This document shows, piece by piece, positions 14,112 to 29,050 of a DNA stretch of 64,000 nt. A program made the position numbers and the translations under genes. Below the pieces are notes generated by a model. The model saw nothing but the letters and a program-made list of their open reading frames with translations. It did no database searches and was not told the DNA's origin. Source of the DNA: Octopus sinensis (lineage: Eukaryota); assembly GCF_006345805.1 (NCBI RefSeq), contig NC_042999.1, positions 93,372,001 through 93,436,000 on the forward strand, in the 5' to 3' direction. Position 1 is the stretch's first letter. Each line of letters opens with the position of its first letter.

Positions 14112-14404
14112 GAGGTTGTGAGCTCGAAACCCGGACCGGGCTGCGTGTTGTGTTCTTGAGCAAGGCACTTTATTTCACGTTGCTCCAGTTCACTCAGCTG
14201 TAGAAATGAGTTGCGACGTCACTGGCACCAAGCTGTATCGACCTTTGTCTTTCCCTTGGATAACACTGGTGGTGTGGAGAGGGGAGGCTGGTATGCATGG
14301 GCGACTACTGGTCTTCCATAAACAACCTTGCCCGGACTTGTGTCTAGGAGGGTAACTTTCCAGGTGCAATCCCATGGTCATTCATGACCGAAGGGAGTCT
14401 TTAC
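14112..14404 (+). mobile_element. SINE, family B
   Basis: B-box-like gagctcgaaacccc followed by gtgttcttgagcaaggcacttt core; 3' tail shared with 47498-47705 and head/core shared with 57675-57900. Confidence 0.75.
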
Positions 14405-14456
14405 CTTACCCTTTACAACCATATATATGTATATATATTAATCTATTTACATATTA

Positions 14457-14553
<97 letters not shown>

Positions 14554-14639
14554 AGAGAGAGAGAGCAGGAGACAGAAATAAAGAGAGAAAGAGATTGAAA
14601 AAGTTAAAACGATGTACAGATTTTATGAATAAACCAAAA

Positions 14640-15170
14640 AGCGATAGTCAGAATTTTGGATAATTATTTAATTACCGTTATTATGTCGTTTGAGGGATTC
14701 CTCATTAATGATTTTTTCTAGAAAATTATTACTTGTTTTATAAATAGGAGTGAATTAAAATAACCTGGAGGAAAATTGGGAAGACAATGTACTGTGTTAT
14801 TTTGAATGTATATATGTAAGTGTATCTATCTCTATGTGCGTATATATGCGTGTGTGGGGCAATTTTTGAAGGCTTGGTTGAATGAAGAAAAATCTTAGAA
14901 AAACTGAAGGAACGACAGGAAGAAAAGAAAGAAAAAAAGATTCAAATAAGAAAAAGGGATGAAAGGTGTGGATGGTTGATATTGCATTGAATATTTTTGG
15001 CCAGTTGTCATACTACCCACACCGTGTAGTCGAAATTAATGATTGTTCAAGAACCTTTTGATAAAAGGCAGTTCCACTGCCTTCCAGTATATTGAATGAT
15101 CCCTTGAGCACTTCTTGGAGTAAACATCTTATATCTGCTACTTCCACATATTTCCAGAATCCACTGAGCG
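14640..15170 (-). mobile_element. Possible highly degraded Penelope-like element 3' end
   Basis: Eroded hammerhead-like motif on - strand at 14685-14710 (TAATGA-GG-aatc-CC-t-CAAAC); no clear protein motif. Confidence 0.25.
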
Positions 15171-17013
15171 GAAACGTGTGGAATTAGTTTTGTCTGGCGT
15201 ATTTTCTTTTACTTTCCTTGTTCTATTTTTGTTTTTCTTTTGTCTTCCTCTTCATCTAAAAATTCACAAAACACACACACATATATACATTTACATATAT
15301 ACATACATACATACACACACACACATACGCACATCTAGATTCAAAATTAAGATTCTTTTCTGAATCCTCTCCACGAGTTTTGAAGTAACTCACTTTCCTT
15401 TAAAAGGTATAAATTCACTGTACAAAAATCATTCATGATGAATTTCTCAAAAAACGTGAAATTGCTAAATAAATAATTATCCAAAAGTCTTACTACCTAT
15501 ATGTATATTTTAGTATTTTAAACAGATTCAAGAATAACAACAGAACATCGTCTAAAAATAGCGCTGACCCACTCCTATGCATATACTCATATTCATTTGT
15601 AAATTCGCTTTGGCTGAAACTTTGAGATTTATCTAAAATTTGAGTAGAGCATTTCCACTCACAGCACAAGTTTTTCTCTGCATTCTAATACTTTGTTTAG
15701 GGTCTTGTTACTGAAAACACTCAAAGAAATATTTATCCAGAAATATTTATGACAATGCAATTTTCCCTGCTTTATGGATGTTTTGAATGTTGTGGACAGA
15801 GGATTTTTAAGAGCACAAGTTCTGAAAGTTCATCCTGTTCGTGTACCTATATTTTTTACAAGGGAAAGTGTGAAAAGTTTGGTCGTGTGAAAAGATTAAT
15901 TCCGTGATGCGTCCAGCTCACAATAGCAATGATTACCGTCAGTTCTTCCATTCACTACTGGGTGAATGAACGTAGACAATCCTCTATATTACGTCATGGA
16001 ATATAATTGATATTTTCACCACCTCTAATTAGAATTCATACACAGAAATTTAGGCGCATTGGATGTCCTTGTATTCAGAGATAAACCTCTTTAAGCATCC
16101 AGTAGCTGGAATAAATTATCTATGTTGCGATCATTTATCTTTCATAGAATTAGCATATTTTATGTTGCTCTAAAGTGTTTCTATAGAAAAAATACTACTC
16201 ACAAAAGAATCATTTTTGTAAAGATACGCAAACTATTCTGTTTTCTGCGTCCATGTTGCAATGCGCTAGAAACCTGATATAGTTTTAAATGAATATTTTC
16301 CGAAACTGACTTAATTCAGCTTTTCAATATTCTAAATTAATAAAGCTCCATTTTCGTGTCATAAAAATTATTGACTGCCTTTGAAGCTTTTCTTTAATCA
16401 GTAGAGTGTCTAGGAGTGGTTGTTCAGCATCCAGTAATCTATCCGTAATCCATTTCAAATAATTCTGAGACAAACTATTTTCTTGTTTCAGGAGGAATAT
16501 AAGGAAACTATTGTAACAATTACAGAAATAAGGTTAGGTTAGTATTGGGAGAGAAACATAAACAATTCATATATGAAAAACAGGTTGTTGCTACATTCTT
16601 ATGTAAAATTAGTTACGGAAACTCATCTAGTGCAGTGCCTCATGGCCTAAATTAAGAATTATACATTTACTGCATATAATAGCTTTTGCAAAACAATCTG
16701 GGTGCAGTGTATATGTGTTTATGGGTTAGGGTGTTTTACTGTCATTTGATATCATAGTATAATTAAGTAAATGTCTGTGTATTGTAAAAATGAGCAAGAC
16801 AAATGAAAATATACGAAATAAAAAACGATTACCTACGTGCCAATTGTTTCTTCAATCGGATCAACTTGAACCCTTGTCGTCATACAAAGGTTCGAGTGGA
16901 TTCGATTATCGGAGTACCATCTACTGTATATACATGTACTGTATACACATATACGCACACGCAGATGGGAGTTGACTCAAAATTTGCGCATACGTTTAAT
17001 ATATTTGTATGTA

Positions 17014-18263
17014 TCAGGTTGAGTGAAAAGTAAGCCACGTTTGGAAATAATGAAGAATTTGTACCGGAGTTTTTGCAGAGTTTTGATTTTTTTTAAACGT
17101 TGTTTTTGCAATTGTCTGGTTATACAGAAATTGCCTCGCACAAACGTATCCATAAATTAACATTGATATTTGCTTCACCGTCATTACAATCATCTAAAAT
17201 GGAACTGTCATAGCGCGCTATGTTTTCCTTTTCAACTTTAGATGTAATGCAGTTGAAACTGCTTGCGATATCAACGAAACATTTGGTAAGAAAATGACGA
17301 GTGAGTGGTCAGCTCGAAAAAGTTTTAAACGATTTCGCAGGAGAGACCTGAGTCTTGAAGATCGTGAGCGTATCGGACGCCCAGCTGGCATCGATAACGG
17401 TTAATTAAATTCCACTCGAGAACTGGCAAAAGAAATACAAGTGAGCTAGAAAACTGTCTGCGACCATTTGCATGCGATTGGAAAATCAGAAAAGCTCGAG
17501 AAATGGGTACCACACGATTTGAATTACGATCAGAAAAATACGCTATGAAATTTGCTCGTCGCTTATTCTCCATTACCAGAACGATTCATTTCTCGACCGT
17601 ATTATAACTTGCGATGGAAAGTGGATTCCGTACGATAATAAGAAAACGTTCTTCACAATGGTTGAACAAAATGAAACGCCGAAAATCTTCCCTGAATCCG
17701 AGCTCTTCAAAAGAAAGGTTATGGTGACTGGTCGTGTACAGCTGGATTCATCCACTATAACTTCTTAAACCCTGCAAAATACATTATTGCGGAAACATAT
17801 TGCCATATAACTGCCAAAATGAACGAAAAACTGCTACTTCTCGGTCCCAGACTTGTCATCAGAAGAGGACTAATCAGTCTTCATGATAATGCTTGACCAC
17901 GCATTTCACTAATGACGCTCCAGAAGTAAATGGAACTTGGGTACGATATTATTCCTCACCGAGCTTATCCCCCAGACCTTTCTCCTACGGACTACCACTT
18001 TTTCAAACACATTGAGGGTTTCCGGCGAGAGCAGGAATTCAGAAATCAAAAAGATGTTAAAGGTGCATTCAAAGAGTTCATAGCTTCAGAGCTCCAGATT
18101 TTTATGTTACCTGAATATAGAGACTTATAACTTGATGGTAAAAATGTATTGATTATAATGGTACTTACTTTGATGAATACAATGAATACAATTTCCGCCC
18201 TGTTGAAATATATTGTGAGGAATTTCGTGTTTCAAAAAATTGCTTACTTTTTACTCAACCTGA
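17014..18263 (+). mobile_element. Full-length mariner fossil (D,D34D transposase, disrupted)
   Basis: TIRs tcaggttgagtgaaaagtaagc / gcttactttttactcaacctga with TA on both sides; 1250 bp; motifs ITCDGKWIPYDN, LHDNA, HRAYPPDLSPTDYHFF. Confidence 0.92.
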
Positions 18264-21200
18264 TACTTAATGCTAGAGCAAATTTTGAGCCAAGCTATCT
18301 AAGAGTGCATGTATGTTTCAATGTGTATGTGGCTGTGTGTGTGTATCCCCAATACTCAACAGGAATAAACGAGCATGGCGCTCAGATATTGATTATGTGA
18401 TTGTAACTTGGACGATTCTCGCTTGATCTCTTATTTAAAAAAAAAAATGTGAGACAAATTTTAAAAAGGGATTTAGAAGAAACGCAACTGCGAGTATAGT
18501 GGAGAAGTCACATAATCCTACATGACATAGAATGAAACTTATTAGATCAAGAAGAGACTGAAGTGTGTAGATATTATACTTAATATACTATGAATGTTAT
18601 GTTATATATCTATATATGCATAAGCATTTATTGCACATGGGTGCATGCGTGAATCTATATACGCATGTGTTTGTTTAAAATTGTTATTTACGCAGTTATT
18701 TTTATTATTATTAAAATGTATATTTAAAGATACGGGTTTTTTGAAAAGAATATGTATTTAGGATATGTATCTTAGATTTGAGCGAGTATATATTTGCAGA
18801 AAATTCAAGCTTATGGAAAACAGATGAGAGTCTTTTGGTATCTGCCACGCAGAGAACCTTAATTTTATTTGATAATGAAACCTACGCTCAAACAAAGCAA
18901 CTGAGTCAATTTCTGCTTGTTGAAACGAGTGTAAACTTTATCCATTGAGAATTTCAAAGATGTTTCCTCAAGCTTAAACGACATGTTTTAAATATTTTCC
19001 CACCAGCCAGCGTGTAGTATGTCACCAAAGAGGAGTTTGGATTACACACCTGCTTGAGCTTAACTAGGGCTGTGTATCTCCCAGCCCTAGCTTTTGGCAT
19101 GGTATTTTTTTACTCTGTATTTTCTTTCAATTCATGCATGCTCCACAGTGTCATGAATTATTGTGTTCCACAACAACCTGTAAATCAAGGCCATTGAAGT
19201 CGAAGTCACTTGAGATATATTCTTGATGAACTGGCTGAACGAAAAGAAGAAACAGTGTTTAATCAACTCTTCGACCTTAGTGTTCAACTCATAGACCTAC
19301 ACTCCCAAACTTTCACGGAAAATATAGAGATGCACACATCCATACAAACAAACAAACAAACAAATACATATACTTTCGTGTATTTTTGGACGTACGTATG
19401 TAAGTGCATATAATGCAAGCAACGTACAGTCACGTATTGTGTCCGTTAGATTTAATGATACTTGTTTAATACAATATTAACTCTATATAAACATTTGGTA
19501 CATTAATTTACAACATAATTAGCACCTATGCCGCTCAATTACCATCTTCTTTCCTTCGTCTAATTACTGAAATTATATACAAAATTTGAAAAGCGCATAA
19601 TTAAATTTTCTCTCATTAGATTAATGAAACGTAGATTCTTTGTTTATATTTTTCGCTCTTTCAGCTAATTGATATGTGTTTAGGTAAGATTAATTAATAT
19701 CAATTTGAATTAAAATAACTCAGTTATCTGTACAGCATTGAAAATCTTGTTAAACGTATCAGATAACTTACTGGTGCGAATAGCGTCGGATATTTAGTCA
19801 TAGACTTGTAGCTAGTCAAGGACATTATGCGATTTATATTGTCTATTATTTCTATAAAAAAAGAAGGAAATGTTCACCATATTAATTTAAAAACAATACT
19901 TCAGTATCTCACATACCCAATACGTTTCTGGTGATTATTGTGTCCTAGGTTGCCGCAATATTTTCTTCCCGAGATACTGAGCGCCACTAAATGTAAAGAA
20001 ATTCCTCTTTGTGATAACGAATTTGAGCACTGTAAAAGAGCATTTAAATCGGCGCTTAGTCGCCAACTGTAGATACGACATTAATATTTAACGCATTTTT
20101 TTCGGTGTCTTCTGCTTTTCGCTTAAGACATTCCTATTGCTTACATGACCATTCATTTGCACTTATACAATATACACTAGCAGTAATTTACACCATTTTC
20201 ACATACAAAAATAGCTCTTAAACTCGTCTAAAAATTATCTTGAAACTTACTACTATGTTGGTCGGTTGGGCTTAAATTTATGCAACAAAATCCAAACTAG
20301 CTGCCGACAGGACGATTTCAGCTTTAGATAGGAAACATATTTTCTCTCCATAACGCAAAAGTATATGAGGATGAGGCGTTTACATTGCACAATCTTGTCC
20401 TAGAATATTAACAGTGCTTGAAAATTATGCATGGCCTACCTTTTTCTCTCCTATCTCTGCGTTTGAAGATAATTAGTATAATGATTATTTACGCACATCT
20501 CACAATATAAAGTGTTAATTCCACACAATGTATGCAGGTCCTCAGGTTATTTTGTGTAATTCTATATTTTCAAATGCAATTAATTCTCTGTTTAAAGTAG
20601 TATTAGTTTTTAAAAATAACATTAAAGCTTAAAAATAGAAATAAAACTAAACATCAAAACAACTATTACTAGTGTCTGAACCAACATTTTGTTTTTCATT
20701 TCGTTTAACCTTGATCCACAACTTCTTTCTGCAAAATAATTTTATTTTGCATTGCTTTATATTCTTTAATTGCTTTATTGATTTCCATTTTCGACATATG
20801 CAGTATATTCTCCCATCAAATAGCATCCATTGGCAAATAATTAACTTGAGCTTTAAAATGAAATTAGCTAGTGAAGGCTAGCAACGCTTGTATGCGGCCT
20901 GGCGTATTTTCTTTAATTAAACTCCTGACGCCATCTCGTCTGAATGTTTGGTAAACATCTTCGGTGCCTTTATAGAAGTCCTTATTTGAAAGTCGGTATA
21001 CACTATATCAGTTACAATTCCTATGTAACAAAGTTTTGCTAATTTACGCTTCGTTTTCACGAATGTTTACCTATGGAATTACTGGAAAATTCTTGTTTAC
21101 ATACTACCCTGGACATTTTTCATATTACCTCCGATTCTATATTTGAAACACTTTAGTAGCAATATACTGCCCCCCCCCCAAAAAAAAACAACAGTAGCCT

Positions 21201-22049
21201 ATTTCTATATATGCAATTGCTAACAGAGAAATAGTTATTAAATCTATTCAACCATAACTGATCGGGATTATACGGAAGATAGAGTGAAGTACATAATGAA
21301 TGAATCAAATAAGGTTTAAGCGAAAAATTTTATCTGATAAGGCAGGTGCCTCAAAATAAATGTAAAGAGAAAAAAATAGCAAATTGTTGTGACTATAACA
21401 ACTGAAAGAGATATTCAAATGTATCAGTGGACAGGTATGGCTGTTAGATACTCCAGATATCCAGGCAATTATTACATTCAACGAGGTTTGTAAGCTTTTC
21501 CAGACTCTGTCGTTATTTGTTAGTGCATAAATTCGCTTAGCGTTTAGAAATTATATCACTAAAGAAAGAATAAATAAGGGAAGAGTAAATAGCAGAGTTG
21601 TTCTATTGCAGGAAGATGCTGCTGCTAATGCAGACGTCATTGACAGTCTTGACTGTAAGGGAGATGGTAGCATTGGAATGGTTCACATCTCTAGGCGGAA
21701 ACTGAGGTCAGAATGCAAAAAGATCAAACAGTTGCCTAAAATCATCTTAACAGAAGCGCTAACAATTCCAGAAATATGAGGATGGGTAAACAAGCGCTTA
21801 AGCACACACACACATACACATACATACACACACTCGTGCACACATTCACCCAACCCACACAGTCCTACACAGACAATTGATTGCGCAGAAGCTCACATAG
21901 TGATCCCCTTAAACAGAATGATGTCTTTTTAATTATTGAGATACTGGGTGGTTGGGAATTTTCTTTATACAGTAATGTCGAGTAAAATTTAGAACTATGA
22001 ATGAAAAGGTCAAGTCATTTAAATGTGGTAGAAGTATATCTATTACTTT

Positions 22050-22210
22050 TTTCTGTCGTTAGACTCCGGGAACGTTGGGGCACTGCATCGATCCCATTAT
22101 ATATTACTCTTTGTAAAGCCTAGTACTACCGGTCTCTTTCCCGAACCGCTAAGTTACGTGAAAGTTAACACACCAACACCGGTTATGAAGCGGTAGTGGG
22201 TGACAAAGAT
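22050..22210 (-). mobile_element. SINE family D, 3' part
   Basis: gcctagtact...ccgaaccgctaagttacg...acaccggtt block shared with 55636-55930 and 57910-58035. Confidence 0.65.
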
Positions 22211-22398
22211 ATATATATGCCTATTTATGTTTATATGTACGTATGCATCCTGCTATTAATACACACATAGACATACATATACACATACGCACGTACACGC
22301 GAACACAAACACACACACATATATATATATATATGTGTGTGTGTATGTGTGTGTGTGTGTGTCTATGTATATATATATGTATATATATATATATATGT

Positions 22399-22560
22399 AT
22401 GAGCAGGCATGGCTGTATATTAAGAAGTTTGCTTCCAAACCACATAATGCCCGGCTCAGTCCGACGGCGTAACAGCCTATTTTTTATTTTGTGCTATAGC
22501 TTCGGCCTGATTAAAACCTTGTGTGGATTTGGTACACGGAAACTAAAAGTAACTCTGTGT
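22399..22560 (+). mobile_element. SINE family D, 5' part
   Basis: caggcatggctgtatattaagaagtttgcttcc head and ggatttggtacacggaaact block; reverse complement of 23740-23899 and 55785-55930. Confidence 0.7.
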
Positions 22561-22598
22561 ATATACATACATACATACACACACATACACACACACAT

Positions 22599-22631
<33 letters not shown>

Positions 22632-22633
22632 CA

Positions 22634-22705
<72 letters not shown>

Positions 22706-22709
<4 letters not shown>

Positions 22710-23389
22710 TGAGGGCATTACAATACACAAATGCCACACGCTAGGAGGGACTCTTAAAGGCAAAATCACCAAAATAAATAAACACAGTACCGAATACGAG
22801 GGAATGCAACTCTCGAAGCGAGCCTCTTAAAAACAGAATTCAGCTGTTTATCATATGGCTTCATAATTAGTGCACAAATGCACTTTTTAATCTTCAGTGC
22901 AAGCATAATTCAAGATTTATCACAAATGAACAAAAATCAACATACCAGACGAACATCCAATGTATCCAGCGTAGCATATAGAATTGTTCACCCTTTATAC
23001 ATCTATGTAAAAAGCGGGCTTTTTCGAATTGCATCTCTGTACAACGTGTTTATTCGGAATAAAATTCAACACTGAATATACTCCAGTTAAATTTACAATT
23101 TAAAAATAGGATAAAATCTCTATAAGAGTTTATCAAATAGTTAGCGCTGGAAGCGTCATAAGGGAAAAATCCATCAATTTTTCTTTTAAATAAATATTTA
23201 TTTATATTGAGGGCATTACTATACATCAATACCACACGCTAGGAGGGACTCTTACAGTCAAAACTACCAAAATAAATAAACACATAATACCGAAAACGAG
23301 GGACTGCAACTCTCGGTGCATTCAGTTGCATATCATATGATTTCCCAATTATTGCACAAATGCACTTTTTAATCTTCAGTGCAAGCATA
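22706..23389. repeat. Diverged direct duplication of a ~190-200-bp segment (22706-22907 and 23203-23389)
   Basis: Both copies start tattgagggcatta, contain ccacacgctaggagggactctta and end cactttttaatcttcagtgcaagcata. Confidence 0.85.
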
Positions 23390-23739
23390 TAACACGTTAT
23401 AAAATCTATCTGACTACGTGTCTTAATGGCAAGAAAATAATAGCAGCACTTGTTTTTAATACAGTATATGTTAATATACATATATCGTTTATTATTAACT
23501 TCATTCACACATTTTTAAAGGCGGCCAAGTTGGGGCGTCACCTTGATGGGTTTTAATGGAACAAATCGAGTTAAATCATATTTTAAAATCCCGGTATTAT
23601 CGCTGTATTTTCGCGAAACGTTCATATAACGTTAATATACGAGTGGTACAAACACGGACACAAAGACACACACACGTAGATATGTACATTCACACACACA
23701 GACACACACACACACCCACACACAGAATCATATATATAT

Positions 23740-23899
23740 ACGAGGAGCTACTTTCGGTTTCCATCTACAAAATCTACTCCCAGGGCTGTTGTCGTCCCGA
23801 GGCTATAGTAGAAGACACTTGACCAAGGTGCCACGTAGAAGAACTAAACCCGGAACCATGCGATTTCGAAGGACGCTTCTTATCACACAGCCATGTCTG
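23740..23899 (-). mobile_element. SINE family D, 5' part
   Basis: gtttccatctacaaaatctactc...gaggctatagtagaagacacttgaccaaggtgccac...cccggaaccatg. Confidence 0.75.
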
Positions 23900-24082
23900 T
23901 CAAAGTGATTTCGCAACCAGCGATATGTATATGTACACACACACACGCACGCACATATATGTAATTATATATATACACACACACATCCACATATATATGT
24001 ACGTCTGTCTGTATACATATATATGTATATATATATATGTGTGTGTATGTATACTTACATATACATTTATATCTGTATTTAA

Positions 24083-24170
<88 letters not shown>

Positions 24171-24324
24171 ATATATACATACATATATATATGTATGTGT
24201 ATATATTTACTGGCATCTACTTGTTGGAAATTTCACCTTATTCCTTCATACTGAGTGCTTGATATCTGCCAATATTTCTGCTTCTATATCTACGTATCTA
24301 TCTATACACACACATACATATATC

Positions 24325-24397
<73 letters not shown>

Positions 24398-24449
24398 TAC
24401 AAATATATTGCATGCATATGTATATATATCTATATATACATATACATAA

Positions 24450-24492
<43 letters not shown>

Positions 24493-26156
24493 CATATACG
24501 TATGTTTGGATTAACTTTATATACATACATATATATTTATATATATATATATATATACACATATATAAACAGATAAATAGGCAGAGTGATTTATATATAC
24601 ATTTTGTTTTGACAGAGAGAGGGAGAGAGAGAGAAAGAGAGAAAGAAATAGGAAAACAAGTACATAGATAGATATATGGATATTCATATTTACATGCTTA
24701 CACGCACATACACTACGATGATCTGTCTCTTCATCTCATCATTTCTGCCTTTCTTGTCGAATAATATATAAAGTTCATTTTCTCTCTCTTGAAGCGATGA
24801 AGGCCAGCCTTTTTAGGCATCAGCAACGTTTCAGTGAACGTAGAATATAATATATATTCTGAAGCATTTAAAGAGAGATTCACTTGTAAATCTGCTATAT
24901 TTCACACATTTCTTTTTTTTTTGTGGTATATTGTTAAGGAATACACCTCCTGAAACTAATCTGTCCGTTGCTTTTGATTGAATTTACGATGGAATTTGCT
25001 GTACATTTGTATTGAGCAGTCTACTTTATATAATTGATTCTTTTTTCCATCACAAAAGGAAATTTTTGTCTGAATGTAAATAAAGAAACATAATCAACTT
25101 CATAGAAACTATGTGAATTTATTTTTCATAGTAGAATAAGCGATTTGCAGAAACGTTCTTCCTGATACATATTTGAAATATTTCTGTATCGCTTATGGGG
25201 CCAATAATTTAGATTTAATGAGAAATCTTTATAATTAGGCAATAATTCTACATATCTAATAAGAAAATTTGTATGTATCTAGAAGAATTAATGAATATCA
25301 AGGGAACTGGCATTATGACACCCTCATATAGATGAGTAATCAAAATTGTAGTCTGGATCACCGAGAGAAATAATGTTACCTCCAACAGCATATAATAAAA
25401 TGTCTAGGGAATGAATAGCTTATACTGTTTAATCATCTTATTTGAAGTTAAATTCAGAAACAGAACATATTCGAGAGTACATGGATGGGAGTTATTGGTT
25501 AGCTCATCGTATACAAGTAGATAAATAATTACTATATGCATATGTGAGGGAATAATTGGTGAACAACATTAATCATTTAACTCAACTATGATGCATTGTA
25601 CCATACGTATGTATAAAGTAGAAGTAGTATATTAGTAATTAAGTATTATTTAAGCTCACTTCTTTTACTCATTCCGTCGCTTTTTCCACATTATACAAAT
25701 GATACCGACAGAAATCACTATCTATCTTATCGGGTTCTGTTTTATCAAAACTGTATAAATTATTCATTACTTTTAGATTAAATTTCAGGGAAAATATCAG
25801 AGGAAATAATATAGTAGCTTTAAGTTTGCTATTACATGACTGCATTTAATTAACCTACTGAGTTAAGGGAATTTCATTTTAGTATGATGGAACAATATTG
25901 TATTTATGATTTACCGTTATTTCTATTTTTTCGTCATACTTTCAAATATTTTGCACTGTATTATTGTGTTTTTACTGAAGAAACTATATTTAGAATTTTA
26001 AATGCGTAGGAGATTAAATTGACTGTAGTAAATATACAGTTACACCCATCGATACGGATAAGACAGCTGTAATCTCACAATAGAGGTTTGTTTTCATTCT
26101 GGCATGGAGGACTAAGTTTTACTTTCACTTTCCTCAATATAATAATGCATTATATA

Positions 26157-27300
26157 TGAAGGTGGGCTGAAAATTCATAGGCTGGTTATAAAGGAGTGGT
26201 GCTAGAACTGAAATCTTACATGCATTATATTCAACCGCTTTTATTAACTCCATTGTTTCTTTCCTCCCAAAAGAGACCGGGCTGTTCAAAGAAGACCCCA
26301 AGAGAGACTAGTAGTTACTTCCCTTGAAAATGGACAAAATTTGGCATCATGATTTGGCATCAAGTACCTGCAGATAAAGGTTTAGCCCCAAGGGCATTCA
26401 TGATGACATGGTTGCTACATTAGGGGACGACGCTCCAGCCTTATCAAGTGTGTAAATGAGGCAGCTGAATTTAGGAGAGGAAAGGAAAGTTCAAATATTT
26501 GGTCATCCTGCAAATGACATCACCAAGGAATACATTGATAGCGTTCGCTACACAGTGATAACTGACAGGCGATTCGCCATAAATCCAATTGCCAATGCTA
26601 TTAGCATATTCCACGAGTTGCGAAGTTTCTGCACAATGAACTTGACATGACAAAATTTCTGCTCGAAGGTTGCCATGTATTTTGACACCAGAACAAAAGC
26701 GCACCAGGATCCTCACACCACACGAACATCTGACTCTTTTTCAGCTTGATCCAGCTTATTTCCTCGAAAATTTCCTAAGCCAGGATGACTGTTGGCTTCC
26801 CAGCTCTCTTCACTTACTCCAAAGAAGAAGGCCAAGAAATTTCGTGGAGAGACGTTTGAGATGTAATAGCTATCGTGTTTATTGACTAACTTTAAAAGGG
26901 CCACACCATCAACAGAGAGTACTATACCAACTTGCTGAGGTACTATGAAATATTATCAAGATCGAAAACACCCAGGAAAACTGAGTAAAGGAAACTTGAT
27001 TCATTAGATCAATGCTCCAGCACACAAGTTCTTTGTTTTAGTTGCTACAGTGGTTGGTCGTGGCTTTGCACTTGTTGAACACGTCACTATTCCACTGCTT
27101 TGGCCCAATATGACAATCATCTGTTACTCAACATAAAAACTACTTGGCTAGGAACCATTATCTCACTTGTAATGATATCATATCTTATGTTGATGACATT
27201 TTTGACCAAGATGATGGATGCCTCTTCACGAATGGAATCCAATCATTGCAAAACGTTTGAAAATATACCTCATTTGGTCATATTCCATGAGAATATCATA
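26157..27300 (+). mobile_element. Degenerate mariner element
   Basis: 5' TIR-like tgaaggtgggctgaaaattcatagg after TA; remnants IKYLQIK, AAEFRRG, DQCSSTQ (DNAPAH-like); right TIR not found. Confidence 0.8.
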
Positions 27301-27551
27301 TGTAAATATTACAGTATGTAATACTAACTGCGCTGTTGTGAATATATAGTCGATAATTCATTGGTGATGATCTTTACTATGATGATGAAAACGAGACTCA
27401 ACTTTGGCGGGATGTGAACTTTACAAGACTGTGAAAACTCAATGCAGCAAGGTATGTTGTTGTAAGAGATAACAGTTCTTATTGTCCATCTAAAAGCTGG
27501 TTTAAATCCAGTGATTTAGTATGTCTATCATTCATTATAACACACCTATCA

Positions 27552-27761
27552 AGCAGTAAGCTGGCAGAATCGTTGGCGCGCTAGGCAAAATGCTTACCAA
27601 CATTTTGTCTGTCTTCACGTCCCGAGTTCAAATTCCACAGAGGGCGATCTTGCCTTTCACCCTTCCGGAATAGATAAAATAAATTACCATTTGAACACTG
27701 GAGTCAATTTAATCGACTTACCCCTCCCCAGAAATTGCTGGCCTTGAGCCAAAATTTGAAA
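27552..27761 (+). mobile_element. tRNA-type SINE, family A
   Basis: A-box-like gctggcagaatcgttgg, B-box gagttcaaattcc, tail gctggccttgagccaaaatttgaaa; at least 6 copies in the window. Confidence 0.85.
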
Positions 27762-28186
27762 TGCTAAGTACCTATCCTTTAATCTTATAAATTAGTTTAA
27801 GGTTGCTTTGTCTTCATGTATAGGTTAGATCAGTAACCGTACGGGATTCTGAGGTTGAGTAATTTGTTTCAAAAATATGTGCTTTGGCAGATGTTAGAGA
27901 GCCTAAACAAGATCTATGGACAAAAATAAGGTTGATCCTGTTCTTGTTTGATATATTTAATTGACACCAGAGGTTAATTCCGACCACTAGATCTTGGGTG
28001 CATTTAGTTGAATACTCGTTGTTGCTGTCAGTCTGCTAATCTATTTCGCTGAAAGATAACTTTCTCATTTCTTCTCATCAGTCCATGAGGTAATGTCTAC
28101 TGGTGTTGCACTTAAATCATTCAATGATTCATTACACAACACCACGCGCGCACAAACATACACACATACACAGAGTCTCTCTTACA

Positions 28187-28233
<47 letters not shown>

Positions 28234-28649
28234 ATATCGTAAGGTGTATCTTTCAAACGAATTTTTGATATGTATATAAAAGCAAATATTTATATATATT
28301 CCGTGAAGCTTTTCATAGAACTAGACAGAATTATTCAGCCATTCGTTGATCAAAAACATCCTTTGATGAATGACCCAGTCTATTAGTATTTGGGATTAGA
28401 ATAAAGATAGAATTTAATTGCATTTATAATACCATCATTTCTGCTCAGCTACCATCCAAATGTAGCATGTTATTTTTGAAAATATAATCTCTAAATATAT
28501 TATAAACGTATTGAATTTGAAAAGAAAATGTTTAATGTTGTGGAATTTATTACAATGAGTGTGTGATCTTTCTGAAAGACTGAATCCATTCACTAACCAG
28601 ATTTGTTTGGCTTGCATTACGTTCAATCTCTGCAATGTTCAGTCATGAA

Positions 28650-29050
28650 AGGACCCTGTATTCATGGTCTTATCTAACTCAGACGATTGGATGCCGATTG
28701 GTTTGCAAAGAGATTCCGGTAACGCAGTCAGTCTCTGATCCTATAATGGCATCCCTAAATAGAGTGCAACAATAGGACATAAATTTCTAAAAGAATTTGA
28801 ACTCAACACCCAAGGAGCTGTGTTATAATGCAAGTCTCGGGGGAATTATGTAGTCTGTCAAGTACCAATTCTTGGTGCAATATTGTATGCAGGTGGTTTT
28901 TGATGGTCCCCGTGTTGTAAAACAGTGTTTGTAATTGCTAGTTTGAACTCAGAGCAGAGGGCGGGACGAAGCTAACACCATGTTTGCTTGTGACACCAGA
29001 CCATCTACCCGCATCTTTCCCTACTCTTGCATTGTGATCTCATACAATTG
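28650..29050 (-). mobile_element. Degraded RTE-clade LINE fragment (AP endonuclease region)
   Basis: Minus-strand translation LCSEFKLAITNTVLQH resembles RTE LCAEHDLTITNT.F, followed by an eroded HWHLIDY-like segment. Confidence 0.55.

Noticed and set aside
21570-21780. Open frame RVVLLQEDAAAN... after a good splice acceptor
   Set aside because: No recognisable homology beyond a vague mariner/pogo LL.DNA.H resemblance; ends in a stop; no partner exons found.
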